Below, piece after piece: positions 20,120 through 29,453 of a stretch of DNA of 64,000 nt. The notes below the pieces were generated by a model that saw only the letters and a list, made by a program, of their open reading frames with translations, ran no database searches and was not told where the DNA came from. The stretch's first letter is position 1; every line of letters starts with the position of its first letter. Origin of the DNA: Candidatus Beckwithbacteria bacterium (GTDB lineage Bacteria; Patescibacteriota; Microgenomatia; UBA1400; UBA1449); the NCBI GenBank assembly GCA_012797845.1, contig JAAZOH010000016.1, positions 7,733 to 71,732 on the forward strand, in the 5' to 3' direction. A program made the position numbers and the translations under genes.

Positions 20120-21592
20120 CTAGTCGTCAATAATTTTATAGGACACAACTTGGTCACCAATTTTAAAGCTTAAATCAGGACGGAAAACTAAAGCTACCTC
20201 CTGCCCTTTTTTAGCTTCGGTTTCATCTTTGCGTTCAACTTGCAAAGCTCCAATCCGAGGTTCAGCTACAATCTGCTCCCCTCTTATAATCCGAACTTTT
20301 TCCGAACGAACAATTTTACCTTCAAGCACTTTACAGCCAGCAATATGGCTACCTTTGATTTTAAATTCAGCAATCACCTCAGCTTTGCCTAGAACTTCTT
20401 CATTGATAGTCGGTTCTAAAAGCTTCAAAACTCGTGCTTGTAAATCCTCAAGCAAATGATAAATGATGTCAAAGGTTTCGATTTTGACCTTTTCCATTTC
20501 AGCCAGTTTTTTAACTAAAGTAGGAACTTTAACATGAAAGCCGATGAGGCGTGCTTCCGTTGATTGAGCGAGTAGTACATCTGATTCGTTAATATCCCCT
20601 ACTCCGTGACCAACCAATTCAATTTCCTCAGTTAAATTAGCAGTAATAGCTTCCAGTGTTCCGGCCTGGTCGGCTTTAATAATAATCTTAAGTCGTTTCT
20701 GCTCTTCGTTTTTGCTTTCTTCTGGAACAAGTTCTGTGGTTCCAGTTTCTGACTGAGCAGTCTCATGCTCTTGAGATTTGGCAGTGACTAACTCTCCAGT
20801 ATCTAAAACGTGTTTAAAGCCCAAAAGCTGGATTGGCTGGCTAATAGTAGCCTTTTTGACCTGTTCATTATTTGGAGTGATAAGACAGCGAACTTTAGTT
20901 TCTTGATTTTTACAAAAAACTGTTTGACCAACTACAATTTCGCCACTGCGAATAAGCAGATTAGCCACTACACCTTTTTTTGAGTCTAAAAATGAATCTA
21001 AAACTACAGCTTTTAAGTCTTGAGTATCAGGTGAAATCTCTTGAAGCTCCCAAATCAGTTCAATCATTTCCAGTAGTTGATCAATGCCTTGTTTAGCTTT
21101 AGCCGAAATTGGAACTGCCACAATATCGCCACCATACCCTTCGACAAAGATTTCTTGTTCGGCTAACTGGGCTTTGACCATTTCTAGGCTAGCTTCTGGC
21201 AAATCTACCTTATTAATAGCCACAACAAAAGGAATTTGAGCTTTTTTAATATGGGCAATAGCTTCTTTAGTTTGGGGTTTGACCCCATCATTGGCTGCCA
21301 CTACTAAAATAGCAATATCGGCAACTTGGGCTCCACGACTACGCATTTTAGAAAAAGCTTCATGGCCTGGGGTATCAATGAAGGTAATAATGGAACTAGG
21401 ATCATTGGCTCGCAGTTGGGTTTGATAAGCTCCAATATGCTGGGTAATGCCACCGGCTTCAGAAGCAGTCACATTAGATTCCCGGATAGCATCCAAAAGG
21501 GTGGTTTTGCCATGATCAACATGACCTAACACTACCACTACTGGTGGATGTTTTTTTTGAGATTGAGCTGGAGTAGTTTTTTTCTTAGCCAA
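20120..21592 (-). CDS. infB: Translation initiation factor IF-2 (short form)
   Basis: [41 protein letters not shown]; probable TTG start at 21592. Confidence 0.97.
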   Translation of the reverse strand: MAKKKTTPAQSQKKHPPVVVVLGHVDHGKTTLLDAIRESNVTASEAGGITQHIGAYQTQLRANDPSSIITFIDTPGHEAFSKMRSRGAQVADIAILVVAANDGVKPQTKEAIAHIKKAQIPFVVAINKVDLPEASLEMVKAQLAEQEIFVEGYGGDIVAVPISAKAKQGIDQLLEMIELIWELQEISPDTQDLKAVVLDSFLDSKKGVVANLLIRSGEIVVGQTVFCKNQETKVRCLITPNNEQVKKATISQPIQLLGFKHVLDTGELVTAKSQEHETAQSETGTTELVPEESKNEEQKRLKIIIKADQAGTLEAITANLTEEIELVGHGVGDINESDVLLAQSTEARLIGFHVKVPTLVKKLAEMEKVKIETFDIIYHLLEDLQARVLKLLEPTINEEVLGKAEVIAEFKIKGSHIAGCKVLEGKIVRSEKVRIIRGEQIVAEPRIGALQVERKDETEAKKGQEVALVFRPDLSFKIGDQVVSYKIIDD

Positions 21593-21600
21593 GACTATGA

Positions 21601-21674
21601 TCATTCCGGACTTGATCCGGAATCCTGTTATAGCAATATTGGCTGCAAGGATTCTGAAACAAGCTCAAAATGAC
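21601..21674. repeat. Palindromic element between nusA and infB
   Basis: TCATTCCGGACTTGATCCGGAATCC...GGATTCTGAAACAAGCTCAAAATGAC; the two arms are inverted degenerate copies and each is itself a hairpin. Confidence 0.75.
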
Positions 21675-21691
21675 AGTTTAATTTATCAAAA

Positions 21692-22924
21692 CTATGCTTC
21701 ACTTTCAGTTTTATCTTCTTTTTTGTCTTCTTTAGCTTTTGTTGCTTTAGCTTCAGTTTTTGCTTCTTTTTTGGTCTTTTTTGTTGTTTTTTCCTGCTCA
21801 TCATCTGAACTTTCTTTTTCCTTAGCTTCTTCAGCTTTTTTAGCCTCAGCCATTTTTTTCTTTTCAGATTCGGTCAATGTGCCACCTGGACCTTTGATAT
21901 CAATTTTATAGCCGGTCAGCTTAGCGGCTAGTCGAACGTTTTGACCATCTCGGCCAATAGCTAAAGAGAGTTGGTCTTCAGGCACAGTCACAACTGCTGA
22001 TTTGTCTTTTTCATTAAGTTCAATTTGCAGATTTTCAGCCGGAGCCAAGGCAGCAGTCAAAAATCGGATTGGATCGTCAGAATATTGAATAATATCAATT
22101 TTTTCACGGTTAAGCTCATCAATAACAGTCTGGACTCGAACTCCTTTTTGGCCCACACAGGAACCAACTGGATCAACACCAGATTGAGCTGAAAATACAG
22201 CTAGTTTGGTCCGACCCCCAGCTTCTCGGGCAATAGTACGGATTTCAACAGCTCCAGAAGCTACCTCTGGTACTTCCCGCTCAAAGAGTTTAGCTACCAG
22301 TTCGGAAGCAGCCCTGGAGACAATAATTTGTCGACCTTTCATGGTTTCTCGGATATCTTGGATATAAAACGTCATGCGTTTATTGAGTGTGTAATGTTCA
22401 CCAGGAATTTGTTCTTGAGGAGGCATTTGAGCCTGACCGCGACCAATATCAACAATGACAAATTGGCCATCATGACGTAATACCATACCAGAAACTAGCG
22501 TGCCAATCCGATCTTGATATTCTTTCAAAATAGCATCTTTTTCAGCTTCGCGGATTTTTTGTAAAATAACCTGCTTGGCAGTCTGAGAAGCAATCCGGCC
22601 AAAACCAGGAGGCGTCACTTCTTCTTGTTTGGTTTCATCATAAGCAGCTTCGACTTCAGGAGCTCCTTCTTCTGGCTCTTCTACTGTTTCTTCTTCTGTC
22701 TCAAGTTTTGGATAACGGAAAATTTTAGCTTCGCCATTATCAGGATCGATTTGAGCTTTATAAACATACGCTTCATCTAAACCATAGTCTTTACGATATG
22801 CTGCTAAAATTGCTGATTCAATAGTAGCAATAACAATTGCTGGCTCAATGCCCCTTTCACTACAGATTTGATTTAAAGCTGAAGCAAATTCGGTTCGAGC
22901 AGTCAAAACATTTTGAGTAGCCAT
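21692..22924 (-). CDS. nusA: Transcription termination/antitermination factor NusA
   Basis: FGRIASQTAKQVILQKIREAE, AREAGGRTK, DPVGSCVGQKGVRV, LSLAIGRDGQNVRLAAKLTG. Confidence 0.98.
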   Translation of the reverse strand: MATQNVLTARTEFASALNQICSERGIEPAIVIATIESAILAAYRKDYGLDEAYVYKAQIDPDNGEAKIFRYPKLETEEETVEEPEEGAPEVEAAYDETKQEEVTPPGFGRIASQTAKQVILQKIREAEKDAILKEYQDRIGTLVSGMVLRHDGQFVIVDIGRGQAQMPPQEQIPGEHYTLNKRMTFYIQDIRETMKGRQIIVSRAASELVAKLFEREVPEVASGAVEIRTIAREAGGRTKLAVFSAQSGVDPVGSCVGQKGVRVQTVIDELNREKIDIIQYSDDPIRFLTAALAPAENLQIELNEKDKSAVVTVPEDQLSLAIGRDGQNVRLAAKLTGYKIDIKGPGGTLTESEKKKMAEAKKAEEAKEKESSDDEQEKTTKKTKKEAKTEAKATKAKEDKKEDKTESEA

Positions 22925-22931
22925 AATTTTT

Positions 22932-22959
22932 GTAGAGACAATTTTTAGATTGTATCTAC
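22932..22959. repeat. REP-like GTAG palindrome
   Basis: GTAGAGACAAT-TTTTAG-ATTGTATCTAC immediately upstream of the nusA start. Confidence 0.45.
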
Positions 22960-22965
22960 CCTAGA

Positions 22966-23030
22966 TATACAAAAAGGTGGACAGCTCCACCTTAAACAAA
23001 TAACTTCGTAACAATAAGGAAATTATAGCA
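22966..23030 (-). promoter_or_regulatory. nusA promoter (TGCTATAAT) and leader terminator/attenuator hairpin
   Basis: Extended -10 at 23022-23030, then AAGGTGGA-GCTG-TCCACCTT-TTTGTAT about 30 nt downstream. Confidence 0.7.
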
Positions 23031-23037
23031 GTATCTT

Positions 23038-24291
23038 TCAGCTTAAGCAAATTTTAAAGATTTGATTTCTTTTCAAGTTAGGATTTGAAATTTGGAATTT
23101 TATATAGTTATCACTCCATCCCACCCATTCTCCTTGTTTATTTTTCGCTTCAATTAAAACTCCCAATGTCTGGTTGATAAATTGTTTTCTAAAATTTTCT
23201 TCTAATTGCTTGCTTAAATCCCGTAATTTTTTGGCTCTAGCTAGCTTAGTTTTTTTAAAAACCTCTCCCCATTTTTTTTCCTTTTGCCCAGCTAAGGTTC
23301 CTGGTCGGTTTGAATAAGGAAAAACGTGGATTTTACTAAAACCAATTTCTTGTATGTTTTGTAAGCTTTCCATAAAATCTTGATCTGTTTCACCAGGAAA
23401 ACCCACAATCACATCAGTAGTAATACTAACACCTGGAATAGCTTTTTTAACCTGAGCAACTGTTTTTTTAAATTGTTTAATAGTGTAATGCCGGTTCATT
23501 CGCTTAAGCGTTTGATCACAGGCTGATTGTAAGGAAATGTGGAAGTGCCGGCACAGCCGGCCATTTTTAACATTACTAACTACATTTTGACTATAAAGGT
23601 CTAAAAAGTCTTTAGTAAAAACTTCCGGGTAAACTGAACCTAACCTAATTCGCTCAACTGAAGTCTCGGTTAAAACTTGTTTGAGCAGATCTGTCAGTAT
23701 TGCTTTGCCATCTTGGTATTGGGAAATATCAATTCCGGTTAAAACTACTTCTTTAACGCTTTGCTTCTGGGCAGTTTTGATTTGTCGAACTACCTGAGAA
23801 ACCGGTACGCTTTGGCTGCGGCCGCGCAAATAGGGAATCAAACAGTAACTACAAAATTTGTTGCAACCGGTTTGGATTTTGATAAAAGCCCGACCCGAAG
23901 CCTCATACATTAAACTGTCTGTAATTTTTTGAATTGCTGGATAATTTTCCTTTGATAAAAATGACAAAATAAGATCAACTGTTTTATCTTTATTTTTATT
24001 AGTAATAAGTAGGTCAATTGGTAAATCAATTATTTTCTTATGAAATTTTTAGTTATCTACCCAGCAACCACAAGCTACTATAAAAGCTTTTGGATATAGT
24101 TTTTTTGCCTTGCGTACATATTGTCTAATTTGCTGCTCAGCCCGAGCTGTGACTGCACAGGTATTTACAATTACTAAATCTGGTATTTCATTTTTAGCTA
24201 ATGAAAAACCTTGCTCCTGAAGCTGCCTGGCAATTTCTGTACTTTCCGCAATATTAAGCCGACACCCAAAAGTTTTGATAATAAATTTCAT
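23038..24291 (-). pseudogene. mtaB: tRNA methylthiotransferase MtaB interrupted by one in-frame TAA (24049-24051)
   Basis: TFGCRLN, VNTCAVT and GC in the UPF0004 domain; reading through the TAA stays in frame (KFHKKIIDLPIDLLITNKNK) into IKIQTGCNKFCSYCLIP radical SAM, DVIVGFPGET and HVFPYS. Confidence 0.85.
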
Positions 24292-24329
24292 GGGGAAATT
24301 GTAACAAAAGCCAGGTTATAATACTGCTT

Positions 24330-25010
24330 ATGAAACAGCTCATGTTATTTGATATCGACCAAACCATTTTTGATGGCTACACTATTTTTCCTCTTACCAA
24401 GGCTCAATTTCAGGACAAATTTATTGATTTTAAAACCATGGAGCTTTTTACTCAAGATCTGGCCGAATATAAAGTAGGGCTGTATGATTATGAAAAGTTT
24501 GTAGCTGTGCTTTTAGATCATTGGGCTAAGGGTTTAGCTGGTCAATCGTATCAGGCAGTCTTTGATCATAGCTTTAGTTTTTTTAAAAAACATAAAAAAC
24601 ATTTCTTTAGTTATTTTAGTAAAGTTGTCAAAAATTGTAGCCAAACTCACGATATCTTTTTAGTAACTGGTGAACCTGACTTTCTGGCTGCCAGCATTGC
24701 TAAAATGTTTAATGTTAAAGGTTACTTAGCTTCCCAATTTGAGCTTAATCAACAAGGTCTCTTTACTGGTAAAGTCAGTCAGTATCTAGCTACTAAAAAA
24801 GATAAAAAAGAGGCTTTAGATGGATTGTTTCAGAAATACTCTTTCAAAAACTCATATGCTTTCGGTGATTCCGAAGCTGATATTCAAATGCTGTCTTTGG
24901 TTGAACATCCTATTTGCGTCAATCCTGGTGCTGATTTGGAAAAAATAGCTCTTAAAAAAGCCTGGTCAGTGATTGATCCGGAAACATTTGATGTTTCGAT
25001 ATTAAAATAA
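24330..25010 (+). CDS. HAD-IB family phosphatase
   Basis: FDIDQT motif I, VTG motif II, AFGDSEADIQMLSLVEHPICVNP. Confidence 0.9.
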   Translation: MKQLMLFDIDQTIFDGYTIFPLTKAQFQDKFIDFKTMELFTQDLAEYKVGLYDYEKFVAVLLDHWAKGLAGQSYQAVFDHSFSFFKKHKKHFFSYFSKVVKNCSQTHDIFLVTGEPDFLAASIAKMFNVKGYLASQFELNQQGLFTGKVSQYLATKKDKKEALDGLFQKYSFKNSYAFGDSEADIQMLSLVEHPICVNPGADLEKIALKKAWSVIDPETFDVSILK

Positions 25011-26018
25011 ATGTCTTGATAAGTATTCCACTCCCTTACCGGGTTTTAAAGTTACCACTTTCTTTACTCCTTGGAGTTTATTCAAACGTTGTTTAATTTT
25101 AGAAACATTTTTTTCCAAAGCTAAAATTTTGATTTGTGGTCCTGCATCAATCGTAAAATAAGCTTCTAAGCCTTCGTCCCGCCAATTTTGAACTTGATGT
25201 ATTAGCTCGACTGTTTCGGGTAGCCAATAAATAATAGACGGTTTGGTAGTTAACATTAATGCGTGTAGTTTTAGTGCATTATGTTCAGAAATTTCTCCCA
25301 TTTTAGTAAAATTTTTAGCTTTGATAGCTTGTTTTATTTCCTTTAAATCCTGTTCAACAGTTGCAAGCCAACAAGGATAAAACGGACAGGTAGCTACGGT
25401 TTGTTTCATGCCAGCTCGAGTTTTAAGCTCTTTTTTCTTGGTACTAACTACTACCGTTAACATACACAACTGAGGCCAATAGTTCTCATCATAAAGTTGA
25501 ACTGCATAACTATCACTGCCATCTGCTTTTGAGCCTTTTTGCCACTCCACAAAACCACCCAAAATACTTCGACAAGAAGATCCTGAACCTTGACGGCTTA
25601 AAATTGAGAGCTGTTTAGAGTTTAAATTTAACCCAGCTGCTTTAGCTGAAGCGGCTGCCAGTGCTGCAGCTCCTGAAGCTGAAGAAGCCAGTCCGGCTTG
25701 AGTTTCAACTTCGTTTTGGGAAACTACCTTGGCTTTTAATTTGATTTTTGCTAGTTTACGAGCTAGATTTAGTTGACCAATCACTCGATCATATTCTTCT
25801 CCTTCTTTAAATTCCTGACCATCAAGTGTAAAAATGTCTCGTTTATAGCTAGAGTTAAATTCAACAGTTGTGGTTGAACCGTACTGGTCCCAAGTAATCG
25901 CTAAGTTACTATTTTGAGGCAGGATTAAGGTTTCATCTCGTTTACCCCAATACTTAACCAAAGCCATGCTAATATTGGCATGAGCAGTGGCTTTTAGATG
26001 TTTTTTCATAGTTTGCAT
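25002..26018 (-). CDS. mvaD: Diphosphomevalonate decarboxylase
   Basis: ALVKYWGKRD, GLASSASG, SGSSCRS, YFTIDAGP. Confidence 0.95.
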   Translation of the reverse strand: MQTMKKHLKATAHANISMALVKYWGKRDETLILPQNSNLAITWDQYGSTTTVEFNSSYKRDIFTLDGQEFKEGEEYDRVIGQLNLARKLAKIKLKAKVVSQNEVETQAGLASSASGAAALAAASAKAAGLNLNSKQLSILSRQGSGSSCRSILGGFVEWQKGSKADGSDSYAVQLYDENYWPQLCMLTVVVSTKKKELKTRAGMKQTVATCPFYPCWLATVEQDLKEIKQAIKAKNFTKMGEISEHNALKLHALMLTTKPSIIYWLPETVELIHQVQNWRDEGLEAYFTIDAGPQIKILALEKNVSKIKQRLNKLQGVKKVVTLKPGKGVEYLSRHLF

Positions 26019-26024
26019 ATGTAA

Positions 26025-27008
26025 TTAATTACTTTTCTCATCAATACTAACTCCTTTGGCTCCAGTTTCGACTGGTACCAATGTTCCTCCTGCTTCTACT
26101 AAACGTTGCTCAATTACATGTTTATGGCCATTGGCAGACATAACAATTAAGCAATCTCCTCCACCTGATCCAGAGAGTTTAGCTCCTTCAGCCCCATGCA
26201 AAATTGAGGTCACACAAAGTTTGTGCAAAATGTCGGTACTTACTCCTAGATCATGAAGAATTTTTTGGTTTTTATTAAATAGCTCTCCTAATTCTTCCCA
26301 CCGTTTGGTTTCAATTAAATCTCTAGCTTTTTTTACCAGTTTAGTAATAAGATCAAAACGACTGTTAACATAATTGGGTTTAAGAGTCCGCATTTTGGCT
26401 AATTTTTTAACAATGGTAGCCGTGTCAGCTTTAACACCAGAATAAACTACAATAAGAGGAAGTTTTTTAATTTCTAAAGGTTCGATAACTTTACCACCAG
26501 TTTCAAAATATAAAGTCCCACCCCAAATGGCTGCAGCTACATCAAAACCAGACCCTACACCCTGCACTTCAAGTACAGCTTGGTATGCAATTTCAAAAAT
26601 TTCTTGATTGCTTAATTTTAGATTGAAAAGTTCGGAAATACCTTTGGCCGTACAGACACTCACTGCTGAAGAGCTACCTAAACCATATTTAGATGAAAAG
26701 CCATTTCTAGTCCGAATTGAAAGCCCAGAATTAAGTTTGTATTTTTCGTATAAAATTTGCAATACTGCTTCAATAAATTGAACTCCTCGAGGCAGTTTCT
26801 TAGACGGTTTAAAATCAGTGATAGAACGCTTGTAGTTTTTGATTTCCACTTCTGGAGCATTAATAGTCAAAGTTGGAACTTTAGTGGTTTTAATTTGTAC
26901 ATGAACCCGAGAATCGACTGCTGTTACTAAACAAGGTCGATCATAAACCACACTATGTTCGCCCAGCAGCATTAATTTCCCTGGAGCCGAAACGGTAATT
27001 TTAGCCAT
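26025..27008 (-). CDS. GHMP kinase, probably phosphomevalonate kinase
   Basis: APGKLMLLGEH, KYGLGSSSA, QGVGSGFDVAAAIWGG (PMK-like), KLSGSGGGDC. Confidence 0.75.
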   Translation of the reverse strand: MAKITVSAPGKLMLLGEHSVVYDRPCLVTAVDSRVHVQIKTTKVPTLTINAPEVEIKNYKRSITDFKPSKKLPRGVQFIEAVLQILYEKYKLNSGLSIRTRNGFSSKYGLGSSSAVSVCTAKGISELFNLKLSNQEIFEIAYQAVLEVQGVGSGFDVAAAIWGGTLYFETGGKVIEPLEIKKLPLIVVYSGVKADTATIVKKLAKMRTLKPNYVNSRFDLITKLVKKARDLIETKRWEELGELFNKNQKILHDLGVSTDILHKLCVTSILHGAEGAKLSGSGGGDCLIVMSANGHKHVIEQRLVEAGGTLVPVETGAKGVSIDEKSN

Positions 27009-27017
27009 AAAATCTCC

Positions 27018-28109
27018 TTAGTGTTTGGTAATAGGGTTTGCCCTTTCGATGCGCAAACCTTCACTACCAAGCGTGGTAGTAAAAGTTGCTAGTTTATGTT
27101 TTTGACAAATTTCTGTAATTTTTGTTTTATCCTTGTGGTAAGCCAGTACAATACCTGAACCTTTTTTGGCTCCGCCGCCGCCACAAATCTTGGCAGCTCC
27201 TCCTGCTTTTTGGATTTGGGCAATAAGTGTTTGAGCTGTTAGCGAGACCACCCCAATTTTTTCTAAATTAATTTCACCCTGGTTGATGAGTTTTTTGACC
27301 GTCACTTCATCTCCATCATGCAAAGCAGTAAGAAGCTGACGACTCACTTCTTCTTGATCTTTTAAAAATTTGGTAAATAAAGCAGGTTTTTTCTGGGAAA
27401 ATAATTTAACCTTATGAACCATTTCTCCAGTTGATTCCGCTGGCTTACCTGTATGTATCAAAATAAAATTTTGAGCTAGTTTTTTAGGGATAGCAAAGTT
27501 AATTGGAGTGATAGTTTTTAAAATCGAGATTTCCTTGCGGTACCACAAAAGTCCTCCAAAACAGGTGATGGCTGTATCAGCTCCAGACGGATTGCCATGC
27601 ATATGTTTTTCAATTGTATGGGCAATAGAGCTAATCACCGTTTTATCAAGCGGTAAACCAAGAGTTGCAGTCAAGGCTCCAGTAGTAGCCACAGCCAAAG
27701 CTGCCGAAGAACCCAAACCAGAACCAGTCTCTAAATCAGAATCAATAGTGAGAGTAAAACCGTTTTTGAGCTGTTTGCGGTAAAATGCAAACGTTTCAAT
27801 GATGGCAATTTTGACATAAGTCAGCTCCGTACTACGACTAAAATCAAGGTATTTAATTTGATTGTCCTGCTCAAATTGTTTTAAGTTTTTTCGAGCTTTT
27901 TGAGTTGAAACTACCATTTGATTAATTGAAGTCTCCTCAGAAAGATTGAGTTTTTTATCTATTAAAACAATCTTATTGTCATTAGTGGGTGTGATTGTAA
28001 CTTGGAGCCTTTTATCAATGGCCGCTAACAAAGCCGGTTTGCCATACACCACACTATGTTCACCCATCAGAATAATTTTGCCTGGTACCGAAACAGTTAT
28101 GCTTTTCAT
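27018..28109 (-). CDS. mvk: Mevalonate kinase
   Basis: PGKIILMGEHSVVYG, GSGLGSSAA, HGNPSGAD; start overlaps the upstream stop (ATGA). Confidence 0.88.
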   Translation of the reverse strand: MKSITVSVPGKIILMGEHSVVYGKPALLAAIDKRLQVTITPTNDNKIVLIDKKLNLSEETSINQMVVSTQKARKNLKQFEQDNQIKYLDFSRSTELTYVKIAIIETFAFYRKQLKNGFTLTIDSDLETGSGLGSSAALAVATTGALTATLGLPLDKTVISSIAHTIEKHMHGNPSGADTAITCFGGLLWYRKEISILKTITPINFAIPKKLAQNFILIHTGKPAESTGEMVHKVKLFSQKKPALFTKFLKDQEEVSRQLLTALHDGDEVTVKKLINQGEINLEKIGVVSLTAQTLIAQIQKAGGAAKICGGGGAKKGSGIVLAYHKDKTKITEICQKHKLATFTTTLGSEGLRIERANPITKH

Positions 28110-29173
28110 ATTGTTAGTAAGGTTTCTAATAATGTAGGATTTGCTTGTAATTTTTGAATAGCTAGTTCTGCCCAAAAGGCAATATCTTGGTGTTTTTGGC
28201 TAAATTGCAAAAGCTGATCCCAAGAAAGCCATTGATAATTACTAAGCTCATTTTTATCTGGAACAATTGCACCAGAATATTTGGCTATCATCAAATAATT
28301 ATGTTCATTTTCCGCTAAAGCTTTTGTCCATTGTTTTTGGTAGTTATAAGTTAGTAAAGGCGTAAAATTGGCAATGGTAATGCCAAGTTCCTGTTTGACA
28401 CGGCGCTGGCAAGCTTTAGTAATATCTTCTCCAAACCAAGGATGTGAAGAAAAACTCATATCCCAATACTGCGGCCACAGTGGTTTAAACTCTGATCTTT
28501 TGGTGAGTAAAATTTGCTGGTGATCATTGACAATAATGGCAGTAAAAGCCCGGTGATGCTGACCTACTCCCTGGTGAGCTGCATATTTTTCAATCTGGCC
28601 TAATTCCTGATCATGCTCATCAACCAAAATCAGTAACTCCTGAAGCTTGGCAAGAATTGTTTTATCTTCTAAAGCTTTAGCCAAACAGGGGGTTACTTTT
28701 ATATCTCCTTGTTGGTATTTTTTCAAAATATCGCTCAAAAAGTACCACTGCCCTCCAGCCACTTCATCTGTATTAAAATTAAAATCACCCTCAAAATTAG
28801 CTTTGTAAACAGTGACTAGCTCTGCTTCACGCTGCGTTTGATAAGAGACTGTACCGATTTGTACAAATTGATCTTTAGGGACAATAACTCCCAATTCTTC
28901 TTGAGTTTCCCGATCCACAGTATCTAGGTAATTCGAGCCAGCATCAACATGGCCTGAAGCCGAAAAAACCCAATAACCAGGGTACAGATCTTTACTTAAG
29001 CTTCGATGTTGTAAAAATATCTGGCCTTTTTGATTAAGAAGAAAAACTACAGCTGCCCGATGTCTTAACTTGGGATTTTGATGACACTCTCCCCTAGTAG
29101 CTTGACCAATCACTTGGTCATGTTGGTCAACAAGGTCAAATAGTTCTGATTGTTTGTCAGTAGTTTGAATCAT
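28106..29173 (-). CDS. idi: Tandem NUDIX fusion: YfcD-like domain plus type-1 IPP isomerase domain
   Basis: Domain 2 has H..HRAF, KRSEFKPLWP, SSHP, QELG and ENE as in IDI-1; domain 1 has HRA, ASGHV and EELG; located in the MVA operon. Confidence 0.75.
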   Translation of the reverse strand: MIQTTDKQSELFDLVDQHDQVIGQATRGECHQNPKLRHRAAVVFLLNQKGQIFLQHRSLSKDLYPGYWVFSASGHVDAGSNYLDTVDRETQEELGVIVPKDQFVQIGTVSYQTQREAELVTVYKANFEGDFNFNTDEVAGGQWYFLSDILKKYQQGDIKVTPCLAKALEDKTILAKLQELLILVDEHDQELGQIEKYAAHQGVGQHHRAFTAIIVNDHQQILLTKRSEFKPLWPQYWDMSFSSHPWFGEDITKACQRRVKQELGITIANFTPLLTYNYQKQWTKALAENEHNYLMIAKYSGAIVPDKNELSNYQWLSWDQLLQFSQKHQDIAFWAELAIQKLQANPTLLETLLTI

Positions 29174-29448
29174 AGTAATTCTTGGGCTAGTTGAAATTTA
29201 ATGCCGTATGGTATCAAATCTTTGGGGCCTACGCTTGATAAGATGCGAACTACTCCGACTACTTGGTCTCCGATTTTGGGTTCTAATAGAGTCGCTGCAA
29301 TAGGCGCTGTTATTTTCTTGCTACCCAAGTCAACAATCCCAATCCATTGTTTATTAGCTTGATTATGAGTAATGCTCATAATAATGCCTTTTTTACCTAA
29401 GAGTTCATGTTGCTGCTTTGCTTTACGCCAATATAGTGCTGGTTCCAT
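29170..29448 (-). CDS. DUF35 OB-fold scaffold of the thiolase/HMG-CoA synthase complex (no Zn ribbon)
   Basis: YWR at the N-terminus, IGDQVVGVVR and IPYGIKF at the C-terminus; directly downstream of the thiolase. Confidence 0.8.
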   Translation of the reverse strand: MEPALYWRKAKQQHELLGKKGIIMSITHNQANKQWIGIVDLGSKKITAPIAATLLEPKIGDQVVGVVRILSSVGPKDLIPYGIKFQLAQELL

Positions 29449-29453
29449 AGGTT

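Noticed and set aside
21597-21911. 104-aa plus-strand ORF with a TM-like stretch
   Set aside because: Antisense to the K/E-rich NusA tail and starts inside a palindromic repeat.
23968-24051. Stop-codon reassignment or programmed frameshift in mtaB
   Set aside because: TAA, TAG and TGA all end conserved genes normally in this window, and the two halves are in the same frame.
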